From positions 576,001-640,000 of the forward strand of contig CM000432.1 of the NCBI GenBank assembly GCA_000165345.1: 64,000 bases of DNA. Direction: 5' to 3'. Shown here in pieces: positions 41,401 to 49,974 of the stretch (position 1 is the stretch's first letter; each line of letters starts with the position of its first letter). The notes beneath the pieces were generated by a model. The model made no database searches. It was not told the DNA's origin and saw only the letters and a list, made by a program, of their open reading frames with translations. The position numbers and the translations under genes were made by a program.

Positions 41401-42810
41401 TCAAACAAATGTATGAGTTTGCGTTCTGACTTTCAATCTCTTTACCATTCAATGAAGAATTTAAATAAATCTAAAGGACTAATAATTCCAACACAACTAC
41501 AATTAAGTTTTAACTACTCTTCTATTAATCATGCTAGATGCAAATTTTTCTCAAATTATTTACCCACATGCAAAAAACGAAATTCTAATTCTGATCAGCA
41601 GTTTCTACCCAACTATTTTAAAAATAGTCAAATGCCAAACATAGTTCGAAATTTAATAACAATTTCCGGAATGGAAGATACGATTTTTGTTTTGCCAAGT
41701 AAACAAAAACCTAAAAAAATTGGATTGATTGGATCTAATGGAGAGACATACTATTACTTAGTTAAAAATGAAAAACGTGGTGATTTGCGCAAAGATATGC
41801 GTCTAATGGAGCTTGCTCAGCTATTAAATCAAAGAATGTCAAATGCAAAAGGATTATCTCTAAGAACGTTTTCTGTGGTTCCTTTGTCTGAAGTTGCAGG
41901 AATTATTGAATGGGTTCCAAACGTGACCACTCTGGGAAATATTGTAATGGGTGAATGGAAGGAACTTATTGGTAGCTCAAAATTCCATAGGCAGTTATTG
42001 GAGACTCAAGATATTTTGAGACAAAATTCTTTGCAGCCCGATAAACTGTATAAGTTATATTCTGAAGAAATCCTACCTAAATATCCGCCAATGCTTCATA
42101 ATTGGTTCTTTAAAAAGTTTAGTACAAAATCTAGCTACATTTGGCTGAAATCAAAGGAGAAATACACAAAAAGTACAGCAGTCTGGTCAATGTTTGGGTA
42201 CATTGTAGGCTTAGGAGATAGACATGCAGAAAATATTTTAATTGATACTCAAGTTGGCGACATTATTCATGTTGATTTTGACTGTCTATTTGGTAAAGGA
42301 TTTTTACTTGAGATACCAGAGATAGTCCCATTTAGGCTTACGCCGAATATTGTAATCGCAATGGGTAGTTGTGGCGTAGAGGGAACTTTTACTGGAACCT
42401 CAATATCATCGATGAGCATTTTTAGAAGCCCATTCAATAAATCACTAATTATGACATTTCTAGAGGCTTTCATACATGATCCTCTCATTGAATGGATGAG
42501 ACCAGGAAAAACAACTCAAATCTCAAATTTAGGAGGGAGTGTTGATCCTATTTCATTTTTAGCCGCTGCTAAGGGGCATTCTCACCTAAGGACAATCTAC
42601 AGAAAGTTGAATGGGATGGTAGATTGCTTCTCACAAAATAAGAAAGCTGCTTTAGCTCTATATGGGCCCAATAACTGTTCGCAAAGAAGGCCGTTCCACG
42701 AAAGAGGTCTCGGTCTTTCAGTTGAAAGCCAAGTTCTCGAGCTGATTAGTTCAGCAAAATGTAAACGAAATTTGTCGCAGATGTACGCAGGCTGGATGCC
42801 TCAATTGTAA
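32425..42810 (+). CDS. ATR: ATR/Mec1/Rad3-type PI3K-related protein kinase (about 3461 aa)
   Basis: The track ORF starts at a GTG (32416); the first ATG is at 32425. C-terminal catalytic domain with GLGDRHAENILID, HVDFDCLFGKG...EIPEIVPFRLTPNIV and FIHDPLIEW; these are ATR-specific versus ATM (HIDLGVAFEQG, LLYDPLFDW). KKIGLIGSNGETYYYLVKNEKRGDLRKDMRLMEL corresponds to ATR PKKLTLIGSDGKFY...DDLRKDCRLMEF. FATC-like tail LSVESQVLELIS...NLSQMYAGWMPQL. Confidence 0.85.
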   Translation: MNNNELVDIIDTFISVEELNRNLDEFIDSHSECIGTLRKYLLDSIREFIFGESSTNTRLKTIKGINSSLKGLCCNFGHLVFPSNGLIQFFYRLLSKIFTKNFFFLPYLNVNEESEVFFQRSNDNEMIYCCVSSLLTILKILSNGNKYLYMVFANETIMNVNKLNSALKYKKFSKNCCDHSQSIDIYFSFLQAIKLNSKHISVAESPVCVDLPKENNWFIYLMGHITIQLLLNQIICFEDSSIRDRLIIAWLRVLNSCIETRQLEFIGMILYILKNITFDFKKEISYPNIFYLIKNNTVEFLYNEDVVNQFTNILPCYIAHCVHNTSTIVLFGEFTIWYLNGFLRACLFRKLNYNIQNSNTYISQIELILKFWFKRFRLTSNNFFDEYSSKLIFEILNKIPFISENMSIMIGGSIMSAMIHKNNSDKVSYINIRMFSLLIKLKSLSFFPIDEANFDELTKNIIKPSICGINELYSKKYDSLLITTHIQMVISRYFNSALGNLKDQLPLCYSISMTIELIRLMVEQDIGCTFEFGKYIMNHLCRTIASNEDKISDWGLAQCILLTELSIRILSKSKKTLEGILEPLIDLIDSASIFFIIISNCIINFILINCINSFEIKKSLVNKILMKLNSFNISCTLSKMVQIKLIKLLSIIVLKNSEVENLNIITDLQILLNSIRISNENCFPFGSSFNSISYFDLFQENSYCESKLLSFLPTIPICPFCKQENGFVPSKELFICNGCWRVIPTSIDIDDSVIVPEIKNYFSTIDILLNFNKKQVFKIDTIDLLFDSINRIQTNTQDKHNQSFFAILSILFSFIQNKSVDEINNMTAYLQSSIFGKDYLNYSQFQLNLLMLSGEFLRNHLMCYSRNNLLTSELIFPTPLVISKIVSELIDPETFFFTNVEDILRISLFFGPEIKDFQKTLDQLESIKHAFFGDVFKINELVNYFSKKKMNSTELYFTLGICKKLNKLLNCKYTDLHLTENSQILLSIASMEVKVQNIMLITTAFTDESFSNFFSSALAALRLAVIGLENNWKILWRRNSLSEFSKGIIPEKIVRNESTYVFKYNSKVIYNTLSVICSVLMRQNTTLSSISLSPGTNKLTSIQLSSFFNSKNKHPNWLISLLGPTFVYLTPNLFYKSFFGNKNNFSNTIFLYLKKYVPSSLSFDKLIIQIPFFLINNMNDDDLDIETYIDFLKNNIYSSLLHNTTPDDFQLPKALVNTSIASLFWNITSSENIIKFLGHEDDDKFFSNFLDNLTLECLMYNCSENHIFSKQCDWLKKKINILICESDLNTIHLPRKKKQKVLNEIKQSIEIPQLIENYIGENLMWLLEFYSKSFLIGESTGIRNNSQLKHIFFPISFIISEPPPSNRASMYWYRVFRSLSLLLYFSRKYIKEYATRLFELLMKATNKSNMHPSCIQCWNIFTLQLIEDFRENKDINQNIFLHLLSPIMEQLFIIIEPFTLNKSSFLIHLENFLKFIISSVLSINKSYFALIPIIKSSESNSIRKIILNCYYGDHFLDTCTENVEYEYCRLVFHLLNERIDFSLKFFSTHAPYITYEKLLGSIKDVILLSPIDAYWTLFGNNEECISIKRLNVLYNKCLNIISNTSNDSLILFQKSNIETHLIDQQNEKLTSRMNILNTGLKYNRLLPKTYSQKKFINLEKSTSNLKNSISVIIGTIGAIDYNFNGYLEPNIAHLHDYTDNLKHHTFKQIDSTEFQSNNASMFIKNLDVLTVDLIQNHLLAYSHWNVAAFAIQEALKFIGCHNSLSNLEMNERVWNLFHPEVKDILQPYKLTEYRIIQGTNEHLLDQLKFLSDERTENVYEFYFWCLDLINNEINKINEFEKPSKIPVNIKNINILFEGCRVVSLGIPSVFNFILPLSIEFILLFCDHSVIRNLKEKLCSLIISGLECGVSDRLNNFSMLDSRKDNRIKSSSLIIHHVTYESIFIVITHLMEIFENIIQCKVPQILPWFNESLLEPFLQELYLNEINQFDNSINEKNINQTEEGKIVSPSNVTLSLLAEATKMKSSKATIDLFSDKSCQSNPQYFENEIISYIFNLKQENGKNEEIKSIENKKKLPNEIKFLSTLSNFPVIKTIANLQFITDLPISILIQAALSCGSYTRALLLFERFLLVKYTNEDFPKRKQRKFNKLRTSLMTQFGLASKYSGNAIDYFRTNGFNNIDFDPLNPLKFYKTCYRTYTELPNIFEEDKKKTINHILYLPFQCYLGIKDTDNLLGIMTIYEQMSTFAQGTFDKQLIESLLREDYYGAATIYERIISNNSEINHLIFRNYLRCLLKAGFPHIVLTTLLNANKIVGFKTELENLSQNFKENNFSNQLNYINSNLFISEALEACYQLGNWEFLEIIISDNKNNVEQKIQSNLINNIYMDLFIPSNIDTIMQRFDIYRGKLLLHLHFAKSNIAQKDNKFNESFINTLEKARSLLLTPLSIKWNDSHTRSSTILEKLHILMDIEFVYYFFIRLKNKQMINNPLIKKFDFIEKQNKLEWIKVSELFVLRVDNAKINSEKKYSLLSQAKITLEVAGFELSSFLLLLVLERSKISILNSNSSQSYINFLNSFEMIGMQNHSLDQDFHLLNNNVSAFGIADSSLMDLHSMNYNGRERVPGLIQIDNLISISYFEKILGRDVNFEKINWSRTEKELLDEWELYCKNKYIITLNQNLLVTYLFKLFQRNQIKVAIHFYEMITSNRSNDLLDDVTFSEINLVYLDWAIKSSMISPENIINTFRETLEIRSNCEKTYFQFANYLDNYFHLIVSSSEAENNFPTSSTTSKNNYNLGSIFQCDETIFLCINMYLSCLKCGNSFIYPSLSRVLFLIFNYSNIILKHGIVQSSGKCENAKILPDTFFRLKKEILELPPSLWYVVLPQLLSRCQHPGLGSIIIQPLIAKILRKLPRQAAWSFVSMLKSNSSERKGTAISILKMSKVITNEENDEEFINETDFSLILDEYIRLFDNLMVLAMDSSSGSNIQLQSKDQRASNRASNKCMSLRSDFQSLYHSMKNLNKSKGLIIPTQLQLSFNYSSINHARCKFFSNYLPTCKKRNSNSDQQFLPNYFKNSQMPNIVRNLITISGMEDTIFVLPSKQKPKKIGLIGSNGETYYYLVKNEKRGDLRKDMRLMELAQLLNQRMSNAKGLSLRTFSVVPLSEVAGIIEWVPNVTTLGNIVMGEWKELIGSSKFHRQLLETQDILRQNSLQPDKLYKLYSEEILPKYPPMLHNWFFKKFSTKSSYIWLKSKEKYTKSTAVWSMFGYIVGLGDRHAENILIDTQVGDIIHVDFDCLFGKGFLLEIPEIVPFRLTPNIVIAMGSCGVEGTFTGTSISSMSIFRSPFNKSLIMTFLEAFIHDPLIEWMRPGKTTQISNLGGSVDPISFLAAAKGHSHLRTIYRKLNGMVDCFSQNKKAALALYGPNNCSQRRPFHERGLGLSVESQVLELISSAKCKRNLSQMYAGWMPQL

Positions 42811-42847
42811 AATTGTTTCAAATTTTATAAAATATTATTTCACAAAT

Positions 42848-43597
42848 TTATCTATCAATAGAATTTATGATCATCAGTATATATGTAAACACATTTACAA
42901 TGTCCAAATATAGAGAAATCGTTGCAAAAACATATTCATCTATGCAAAATTGATGTTGTCTGTGTTTTCCTCCAATAATTAGTTGCGTATCATATATTAT
43001 ATAAAATGAGAATATCATAACTCCCAGAGCACCCAAGATTATATAAGCAATGTTATTTCGTGGAATAAATATCAATATTATACTGTAAATGAGAACAATT
43101 AAAACACCAATTAATAAATAAGGCCCCCATCCAGTGAAATCGAATTTAACTTGTATTGAAAAAATAGTTAAAGCCAAGAAAATTAAGATTGTAATTCCGC
43201 ATGCGAGCAAAACTGAAAATTTATTAACGCAAACAGCAATCCCAGAAATGCTCATCCCAAAAAATAATGAAAGTAGTAGAAGCAATGTTACTCCAACATA
43301 ATGGCTCTTAGCAATTGAGGGAATGCACGAAAACAATATTATAAAAATTAACGAGCAAATGGAAAATACCACGCTAACCCAATAGTGTTCGATTAACCAT
43401 TTTGATGCTGTTTCATAGAATGAAAAGAATGAAACAATGCCAAATGTAATTGCAATACTAATGGAAAGTAATGAATAGACGCGTTTCACAAAATCATGCC
43501 TGAGCTTTGTTTCAAGATTACAAATAAATATACTATCTGTCGGGTTACTTTCAATTTCTAAGTCTTTGATTACTGCTTCTCTATGTTCGAATGCCAT
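42848..43597 (-). CDS. TMBIM/Bax-inhibitor-1 (Lifeguard/GAAP-like) seven-TM protein
   Basis: Seven hydrophobic helices. C-terminal family signature YDTQLIIGGKHRQHQFCIDEYVFATISLYLDIVNVFTYILMII (family consensus DTQ.I.GGK....SPEEY.FGAL.LYLDIINLF). ATG at 43595-43597. Confidence 0.8.
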   Translation of the reverse strand: MAFEHREAVIKDLEIESNPTDSIFICNLETKLRHDFVKRVYSLLSISIAITFGIVSFFSFYETASKWLIEHYWVSVVFSICSLIFIILFSCIPSIAKSHYVGVTLLLLLSLFFGMSISGIAVCVNKFSVLLACGITILIFLALTIFSIQVKFDFTGWGPYLLIGVLIVLIYSIILIFIPRNNIAYIILGALGVMIFSFYIIYDTQLIIGGKHRQHQFCIDEYVFATISLYLDIVNVFTYILMIINSIDR

Positions 43598-43814
43598 TAT
43601 GACGAACTTGAAGTTTATTCAGAAAAAAAAAAATTAATATTGCGATTCAGCGCTCACAATTTTATACTAAAGTTTTCTAAAATCTCATTCAAAAATCAGA
43701 TAAAATTAGTCATAATTTATTCAAGCCCTTTAAAATATTATTCAATTTAAAAATAATTTGTGAATTTAGAAAAAAGTTTAGATTGCTATTGAAGAAAAGA
43801 AGTTAGTACTTAAA

Positions 43815-46800
43815 TTATTTATTCTCAATAGAATTCTGTGTTTTATTACAATTGTAACTTTTGTTTTTTAGTGATTCCAATATACAGTTTAGCTCAGATG
43901 CAACGTCAGGCATGGGAGATTCGATATAGTTATTAATAATACTAGACACGATTCCTGATATATCAGCTTCTGAAGAACCTTGCAATATCTTGCATAGATT
44001 ACTTTCCATTTCGCTTTGATTTAATTTTTTATAATATAGAATTGGATTCGAAATTAATTCATCATAAGTTGCAGTAATATGTGTACTTAGCACTACAAGC
44101 AGTAGATTCTTAATAGTCTCTGAAAAAAAAACAGAAGACGATCCTGTTGAATGTTTGATTAGCACATTTATTAAGTTCATAAGCACTGGAATCAATAGTA
44201 AAAATTTAGTACCCGAATTTTCACAATTACAAAAAGAACTGAATCTATCATTAATTTGGTGATCGCATGGAATATAAACTGGCACCAATAATAGATCTAT
44301 TCTAGCAAGAATAATTTTGGATACAATAGTAATAGATTGAACCTTTCGCTTATAAACAGTATCTTCCCCAAGAATATATTTGGCTGTTTTATTTTTAAAT
44401 TGCTGATCTAAAACTATTAATGTATTTTCGTTTGCTCGTCTTGTTTCAAGGTTGTAGGGGAATTCAAAATCAAATGTAATTAATGGAAGGAAACTTGTTT
44501 CAATTAAGTCTAACCAAATCCATGGATCGCTAACAAACCAAGAGCTAGATAAATGCTGAGAACCCAGTGTTTGTTGTATGCGATTTATTGTGTGATTTCT
44601 CACAATGTTTGGACCAAAAGATGCAGCTATACAAAGAGTATGTACAACTTGAGAAATAAGTGTTTTGCCTTCAAAGTTGGCAAATAAAGAATATAAGGAA
44701 AAAATTAGTGAAATTGCTTGCAAATTTGCATCATAGTTATATTCAATAGTCGCCTCGCTTTCTAATGGAGTAAAAATAACATTACCGTTAAAAGTAGTGG
44801 GAGTAAATATTGCAAATGTCACTAACGTTTGTATAATTAGTGAAGTATTATTATATAATAATGAAGAATATTTTGGGTTATACAGCCACATTCCAAGACA
44901 TTCAAGCGATGACAAGATCAGTATTTGAGGGTCAGAAAGCTTTCCTGGGTAAAACTCTGGAGAAACTTTTGAACAATTTTCGAGGGCAGAAACAGAAGGT
45001 ATGTAAACCATTCTTTGTAATATTCCAAGCATTAACAATACGCATCGTTCTGTGGGGAAATTTAAAAATATACTGGTGTTTTGTATAGTAACTTCAACTG
45101 AATCTATATCATTTCTGCTCTCGGGCCGCATGATTATTTGAAAAACTGCTATTATTCTTTCAGAATGTAGGCTAAAAATTATCGGATGTAATTGAAGAAG
45201 AGCCTCAAGTATTAGAATTATTTGTACCATTAACTCTGAATCATGACTTTCGCATAGCTTAACAAGTATTAATAGCGAATTTGTTATAATTCTTTCTGCA
45301 AACATAAACTCAGATCTAGAAAGAGAGCGAGGATTATCGTTATAATTTGAAGTCTCAATACTTTTCTTGTCTACTTGAAATTCATCAGTTAATTCTCTAT
45401 TTGCAGAGCAAAAAATGGAGTATCTCTTCAAATTTTCCAAAAAAAAGCTAAATACTTCAAGAGTTACGACATTTTCTTTGGTAAATTGGTTGTTTACTTC
45501 ATTTATTTTTGAGCCCATTTTTATTTCCATCTTTTTAGTAATTTGTAGTGACAAAAGTGACATGAGTATACTTAGAGAGCATAGAGGATCAGATATTTTC
45601 CTAAAATTCACAATTTTGTTCCTATCAATTACAAGCAAAGGACTCCAATCGGAATAAATTTCTCCTTCAGTAATTTTACTATTCGTAATATTGATTTGCG
45701 TCTGTGAATTAACAATCGCTGAAGAATCATCTGCTACTTCAGTATTAATTGAGTAATGCTTATCTGATAATGGAAAGCTGTTTATGAAACGTTTTAAAAT
45801 TTTAATTAGAGGATAATAGTCTGAATAACTCATATTTTCTAAATTTTCAATCAATATGTCGCATAAATTCATTAGTTTTGAAAATAAATGAAAGGCTATT
45901 TCCCATGAATTTCCAGAGATTGTAGGTAGTTTGTAATTTATCCAGGAAGATGAAACTTCGTTTATATGCATAGAATTGTCTATACCAGATAAATATTTTT
46001 CCCAATATTTTGAATTCTGTATAATTGCATATATTGAAAGTGATAAATAGGGGGAGCAGCCATTTAAGATCCAGGAGAGAATTATTTCAGATGGAGTATT
46101 AGAATTGTCCCTTGTATTCTTTATATCTTCTTCAGTAATTATCTGCATGATTGAATCAACAATATTCGGTGGTTCATGTAAAAATCTAGAGTTTTCTTCG
46201 TCATCTTCTTCAATTGATCTAAATAAAATATTTGTAATATCGCTTAGCCAATGATTATTATTTGATGATGTCGATTTGGTGAGTCTAAGTGGTAATATAT
46301 GCAATTTTTTATCTAAAATTAATGTTTGGCTTAATTCTAATTCCTTCATATTCTCAGAAGAATTGCTAGCTTTATTAATTACCTCTATTAAGGGTTCAAA
46401 GCCATGTGAAATTCCGAAAGTCTTAGTTCTCGGGAAAAAACAAAGCTTAGGATGTTGTACATTAGAATAGTTTGAAATTGGTCTCCCTTGATTATCAGTT
46501 AATTCTTCAGATTCGAATGTCTTATGTGGAGTAATTTTTATAGAGTTTAATAAAAATATAACTTCAATAATTGTTTCCCAAGGAGAGTCTTCTGTCCATT
46601 TGCTTAAAGTGAGTTTAGATATATGGATAAATATAGGCAGTGCCAATTGACATTTTGCAGATAAGTCTAGGTTTATATACTTTGAAAGGCGTTCGAGAAT
46701 TTTATTAATATGCCTAAATTTTGAAAAAAGATTGCAAAGATTTACAATTTGTAAAATTCCATGAATGCATCTGAATAAGGTTTGAATATCATTGGAGTTT

Positions 46801-49217
46801 TCAAATGCGGTGAAAATACAATCAATTGACCCAGATTCTAGTATAGTTTCAAACATTTCCTCATGAACAGTATGATTCGATTCAAACTCATCAGATAGGG
46901 AATATACTAAAGAAATTGGATATCTATCTATAAAGAATTTTGAAATCCAATTATTCCAAATACTCAAATCAACTTGACTATAATTTCTATTGTGTTTAGT
47001 GGTATTGGAAAGACCAAATAACTTAATTTCATTATTTTTTATTGTTTCAAAAATATTGGCCAAGAATTCTCTAGGTAAGTCCTTACCATTATTAATTCCT
47101 TTATTATTTTTAATGAACTCATCAATTGTCATTTTGTTTTTTACCTGATGATTATGTAGATCAGTATTTAACATTATAATCGAATAACTTAAAATGAATA
47201 TTGTATCGCTATTATCAAGCAATATTGTCTTCTGTTGATTTGTCTCATGTTCAAGATAAAATATAATTCTCGGATAATTTTCCTGATTAACTTCAAAAGA
47301 ATCTTGCTCACCTATTTTGTTGCAAAGGTCTTGCTGTATAAAATATTCATATGAAAAGCTCTCCATTATTCTTTCAATTTGCTGGGACTCACCAGGTAAT
47401 TTAAACGTTGCTAGTACCTCACGCAAAGACGAAATAATTGATTTTTTATTAAAACTAAATGTAGATAAATATGCGACTCTGACCTGGCTATTCCATTCTT
47501 TATTTTTTGAAAGATATTCACCAAGAGTAGTCACATTAACTTTCTGAGAATATCTGAAGAATTTTGCAAGATCCATTGGACTGGGACTTGAGCTAAATAA
47601 GAATGAATTTTTCAGTATATCAAGAAAATTTGAAGGGTCAGAGTTAAATTTTTCGCAGCATCTGGATATTTCATTTTTAAATCTCCTTTGTTTCAGTAGA
47701 TCTTCCTCCAAATTTACAGCTTCATTTGAACTCTTGTTTTTTTCAATATCAACATTCAATTGAATAGATTTTTTAATGGCTCCGATTATATATAATATTC
47801 CATTCATCCCAAGGCGTTGAAACAATGTAAATGTTTTCAAGTTAAAATGTTTCTTATTGGTATTTTTACCTTCAATTTTAAATTGATTAACAAAAGTATT
47901 AATTATTGTTTTGAATACATTTCCACAGTAAATATTACAGTCGTAATTTTGAAAAATTTCGACTATGAATTGAGGATACTTGCATATTTCTATTAATGAA
48001 TTTAAAGCAGATTCCCTTTGCTCTAATGAAATGTGTATTGCAGGGATATTCGTAGGCAACAAATCGATATGATCATCTCCGTTATTAGCTAATCTTAATT
48101 GAATTGCAGTTAAACAAAATTCCAACTGTGTTTTTGTACTGCTTCTAAAATTAGTAAAAATGCTCAACATGCATTTCAGTGTAAGCTGAAGCATTGAAGG
48201 TTCTTTTATTGCGCTTATCAGCATATCCACACATAAATTATTACTTATTTTGTCTATTAGTTTAGGGTAGTCATTAAGAAATTTTCCTCCACTTTCAATT
48301 GCAATATTCATTAGTTCAAGACCCATTTTCCTGACTTCTTGATTTGTAGAGCTATCTGCTCCACCTATTTGAATTGTCTTCTTAATCATTTTTGAAATGT
48401 ATTTATCTAAATCATCAATTGAAGAATTCAAAGTATTAAAATCACCTTTATTCGTATTAGGAAGTCCAAAAAAAGTCAAAACTGATAAAAAATGAATTAT
48501 TCTAATAAGTGAAATATCATAACTGAAATTTTCATTTTTTTGAGATTCTTTTGATTTTGAAAATACAATAGTAACAATCTTCTTGATTGCCTGCTCGCCC
48601 AAAGACCGAAGTAAAAGCGATGACCTCGGCTGTCTTGAAATTTGAAAACACTTTAAGAGGCTCTTTATTAAATTTTCTGAAAAAATGTATTCGCCAAAGT
48701 GTGAGCCAATCAGATTAACCAACAGATTACAAAGCTTTTGAAGAGCAATTTCGTCCGTATCTAAATGTGAGGCAGCAAACTTACAATTAAGAATACTTTC
48801 TATTAATTTATTTATGACAAGAAGCTTTTTTTCATTTTCGATTAAAATTGCATTGTTTACAATAAAAGAATCAATGGCATTTAAGACTGATGCTGTTGCA
48901 TGGCTTCCGTAGTCTGGAGATTGAATAACTTCAAAAAATGGTTCTAGACTGCATTCTTCAATAGTAAATTTTTTTGAAACAGCAATGTCTTCTAGTATCA
49001 ATTGAAACTGATATATTACAGGGAATTCAAATGAGTATATTATTTCTTTCGAATATTTTATCTGAGAAAAATGATGATTATTATGAACCAACGCATTGAT
49101 AATTGTTTCTATTTCACTTTTAATGCACCTCAACAAAAAAGAATCATTATTAGAGTTATTATTATCCTCTGCATCATGACTAATCCAGTTATTTTCAAGT
49201 ATTTCAATATTCCTCAT
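43815..49217 (-). CDS. Sec7-domain Arf guanine-nucleotide exchange factor (BIG/GBF-type, 1800 aa)
   Basis: Sec7 catalytic motif ATFKLPGESQQIERIMESFSYEYF (consensus FRLPGEAQKIDRMMEAFA) in the middle of a very large helical-repeat protein, preceded by CCEKFNSDPSNFLDILKNSF. ATG at 49215-49217. Confidence 0.8.
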   Translation of the reverse strand: MRNIEILENNWISHDAEDNNNSNNDSFLLRCIKSEIETIINALVHNNHHFSQIKYSKEIIYSFEFPVIYQFQLILEDIAVSKKFTIEECSLEPFFEVIQSPDYGSHATASVLNAIDSFIVNNAILIENEKKLLVINKLIESILNCKFAASHLDTDEIALQKLCNLLVNLIGSHFGEYIFSENLIKSLLKCFQISRQPRSSLLLRSLGEQAIKKIVTIVFSKSKESQKNENFSYDISLIRIIHFLSVLTFFGLPNTNKGDFNTLNSSIDDLDKYISKMIKKTIQIGGADSSTNQEVRKMGLELMNIAIESGGKFLNDYPKLIDKISNNLCVDMLISAIKEPSMLQLTLKCMLSIFTNFRSSTKTQLEFCLTAIQLRLANNGDDHIDLLPTNIPAIHISLEQRESALNSLIEICKYPQFIVEIFQNYDCNIYCGNVFKTIINTFVNQFKIEGKNTNKKHFNLKTFTLFQRLGMNGILYIIGAIKKSIQLNVDIEKNKSSNEAVNLEEDLLKQRRFKNEISRCCEKFNSDPSNFLDILKNSFLFSSSPSPMDLAKFFRYSQKVNVTTLGEYLSKNKEWNSQVRVAYLSTFSFNKKSIISSLREVLATFKLPGESQQIERIMESFSYEYFIQQDLCNKIGEQDSFEVNQENYPRIIFYLEHETNQQKTILLDNSDTIFILSYSIIMLNTDLHNHQVKNKMTIDEFIKNNKGINNGKDLPREFLANIFETIKNNEIKLFGLSNTTKHNRNYSQVDLSIWNNWISKFFIDRYPISLVYSLSDEFESNHTVHEEMFETILESGSIDCIFTAFENSNDIQTLFRCIHGILQIVNLCNLFSKFRHINKILERLSKYINLDLSAKCQLALPIFIHISKLTLSKWTEDSPWETIIEVIFLLNSIKITPHKTFESEELTDNQGRPISNYSNVQHPKLCFFPRTKTFGISHGFEPLIEVINKASNSSENMKELELSQTLILDKKLHILPLRLTKSTSSNNNHWLSDITNILFRSIEEDDEENSRFLHEPPNIVDSIMQIITEEDIKNTRDNSNTPSEIILSWILNGCSPYLSLSIYAIIQNSKYWEKYLSGIDNSMHINEVSSSWINYKLPTISGNSWEIAFHLFSKLMNLCDILIENLENMSYSDYYPLIKILKRFINSFPLSDKHYSINTEVADDSSAIVNSQTQINITNSKITEGEIYSDWSPLLVIDRNKIVNFRKISDPLCSLSILMSLLSLQITKKMEIKMGSKINEVNNQFTKENVVTLEVFSFFLENLKRYSIFCSANRELTDEFQVDKKSIETSNYNDNPRSLSRSEFMFAERIITNSLLILVKLCESHDSELMVQIILILEALLQLHPIIFSLHSERIIAVFQIIMRPESRNDIDSVEVTIQNTSIFLNFPTERCVLLMLGILQRMVYIPSVSALENCSKVSPEFYPGKLSDPQILILSSLECLGMWLYNPKYSSLLYNNTSLIIQTLVTFAIFTPTTFNGNVIFTPLESEATIEYNYDANLQAISLIFSLYSLFANFEGKTLISQVVHTLCIAASFGPNIVRNHTINRIQQTLGSQHLSSSWFVSDPWIWLDLIETSFLPLITFDFEFPYNLETRRANENTLIVLDQQFKNKTAKYILGEDTVYKRKVQSITIVSKIILARIDLLLVPVYIPCDHQINDRFSSFCNCENSGTKFLLLIPVLMNLINVLIKHSTGSSSVFFSETIKNLLLVVLSTHITATYDELISNPILYYKKLNQSEMESNLCKILQGSSEADISGIVSSIINNYIESPMPDVASELNCILESLKNKSYNCNKTQNSIENK

Positions 49218-49291
49218 ACATAATAATCGGATAACTATTTATTTTATTTTTTAAGATAAAGCATACAAAATGAACTACCGGTTAGTTAACG

Positions 49292-49305
49292 TGGGGGGGG
49301 GGGGG
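49292..49305. repeat. G14 homopolymer in a divergent intergenic region
   Basis: gtgggggggggggggggtaa: 14 consecutive G in otherwise about 25% GC DNA, 75 nt upstream of the Sec7 gene start (minus strand) and about 370 nt upstream of the IQ ORF. Confidence 0.9.
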
Positions 49306-49676
49306 GTAAATATTGTTATGAATTATTATTTATATTTTGCAATATATTAAATGAAAAACTTTACAACAGTCTTAAAGTGACTATTAATCGCCATTATTAT
49401 ATAATTATAACATTTATTTCTATTACTGTGGCCACTGGTTGTTATAATTGATTTTATCTGTATATTTTGAGATAAATATTATTCGTACCGATTATATTTT
49501 TTATTTCAAAATTTGTCTAAATTAATATTAGATGAACCAATCATCATTAGTAGAGGTAAGTTATTTTTAAATACCTTCATTGTAAATCTAATTGTTACTA
49601 ATTTGGAAAAAAAATTAATATTAAAGATTTTAACAGTATCTTGTGTCATATCAAAAGATTTTATTATACTAGGAAA

Positions 49677-49859
49677 ATGGCACAAGAATCAGAGGTTGAA
49701 ACTAAATCATCAATAATACTTCAAAGAGCGTTTAGGAAATGGCGTTCAAGTTGGAATGAAACGTTGCATGTTTTAGTTTGGGGCATTATGCAAACAAGGG
49801 AAAAGGCCGCGATAATTCTGCAAAGGTGGTGGAGGCATTTACTTATTAATAAACATTAA
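49677..49859 (+). CDS. small protein with two IQ motifs (60 aa)
   Basis: ATG at 49677 (the track ORF 49641 is an upstream extension). IILQRAFRKWRSS and AIILQRWWRHLL both fit the IQxxxRxxxR consensus. Flanked by poly-G and AT-rich sequence. Confidence 0.25.
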   Translation: MAQESEVETKSSIILQRAFRKWRSSWNETLHVLVWGIMQTREKAAIILQRWWRHLLINKH

Positions 49860-49974
49860 ATATTTGTTTAGTTTCCAAAGCAGCTTATTAAAAAAACATA
49901 TCTTATTTCATTAATTACTATTACTGCTAAAATTCTATAACTTCTTTAGTTGCCGCACAACCAATTCAACAAAA

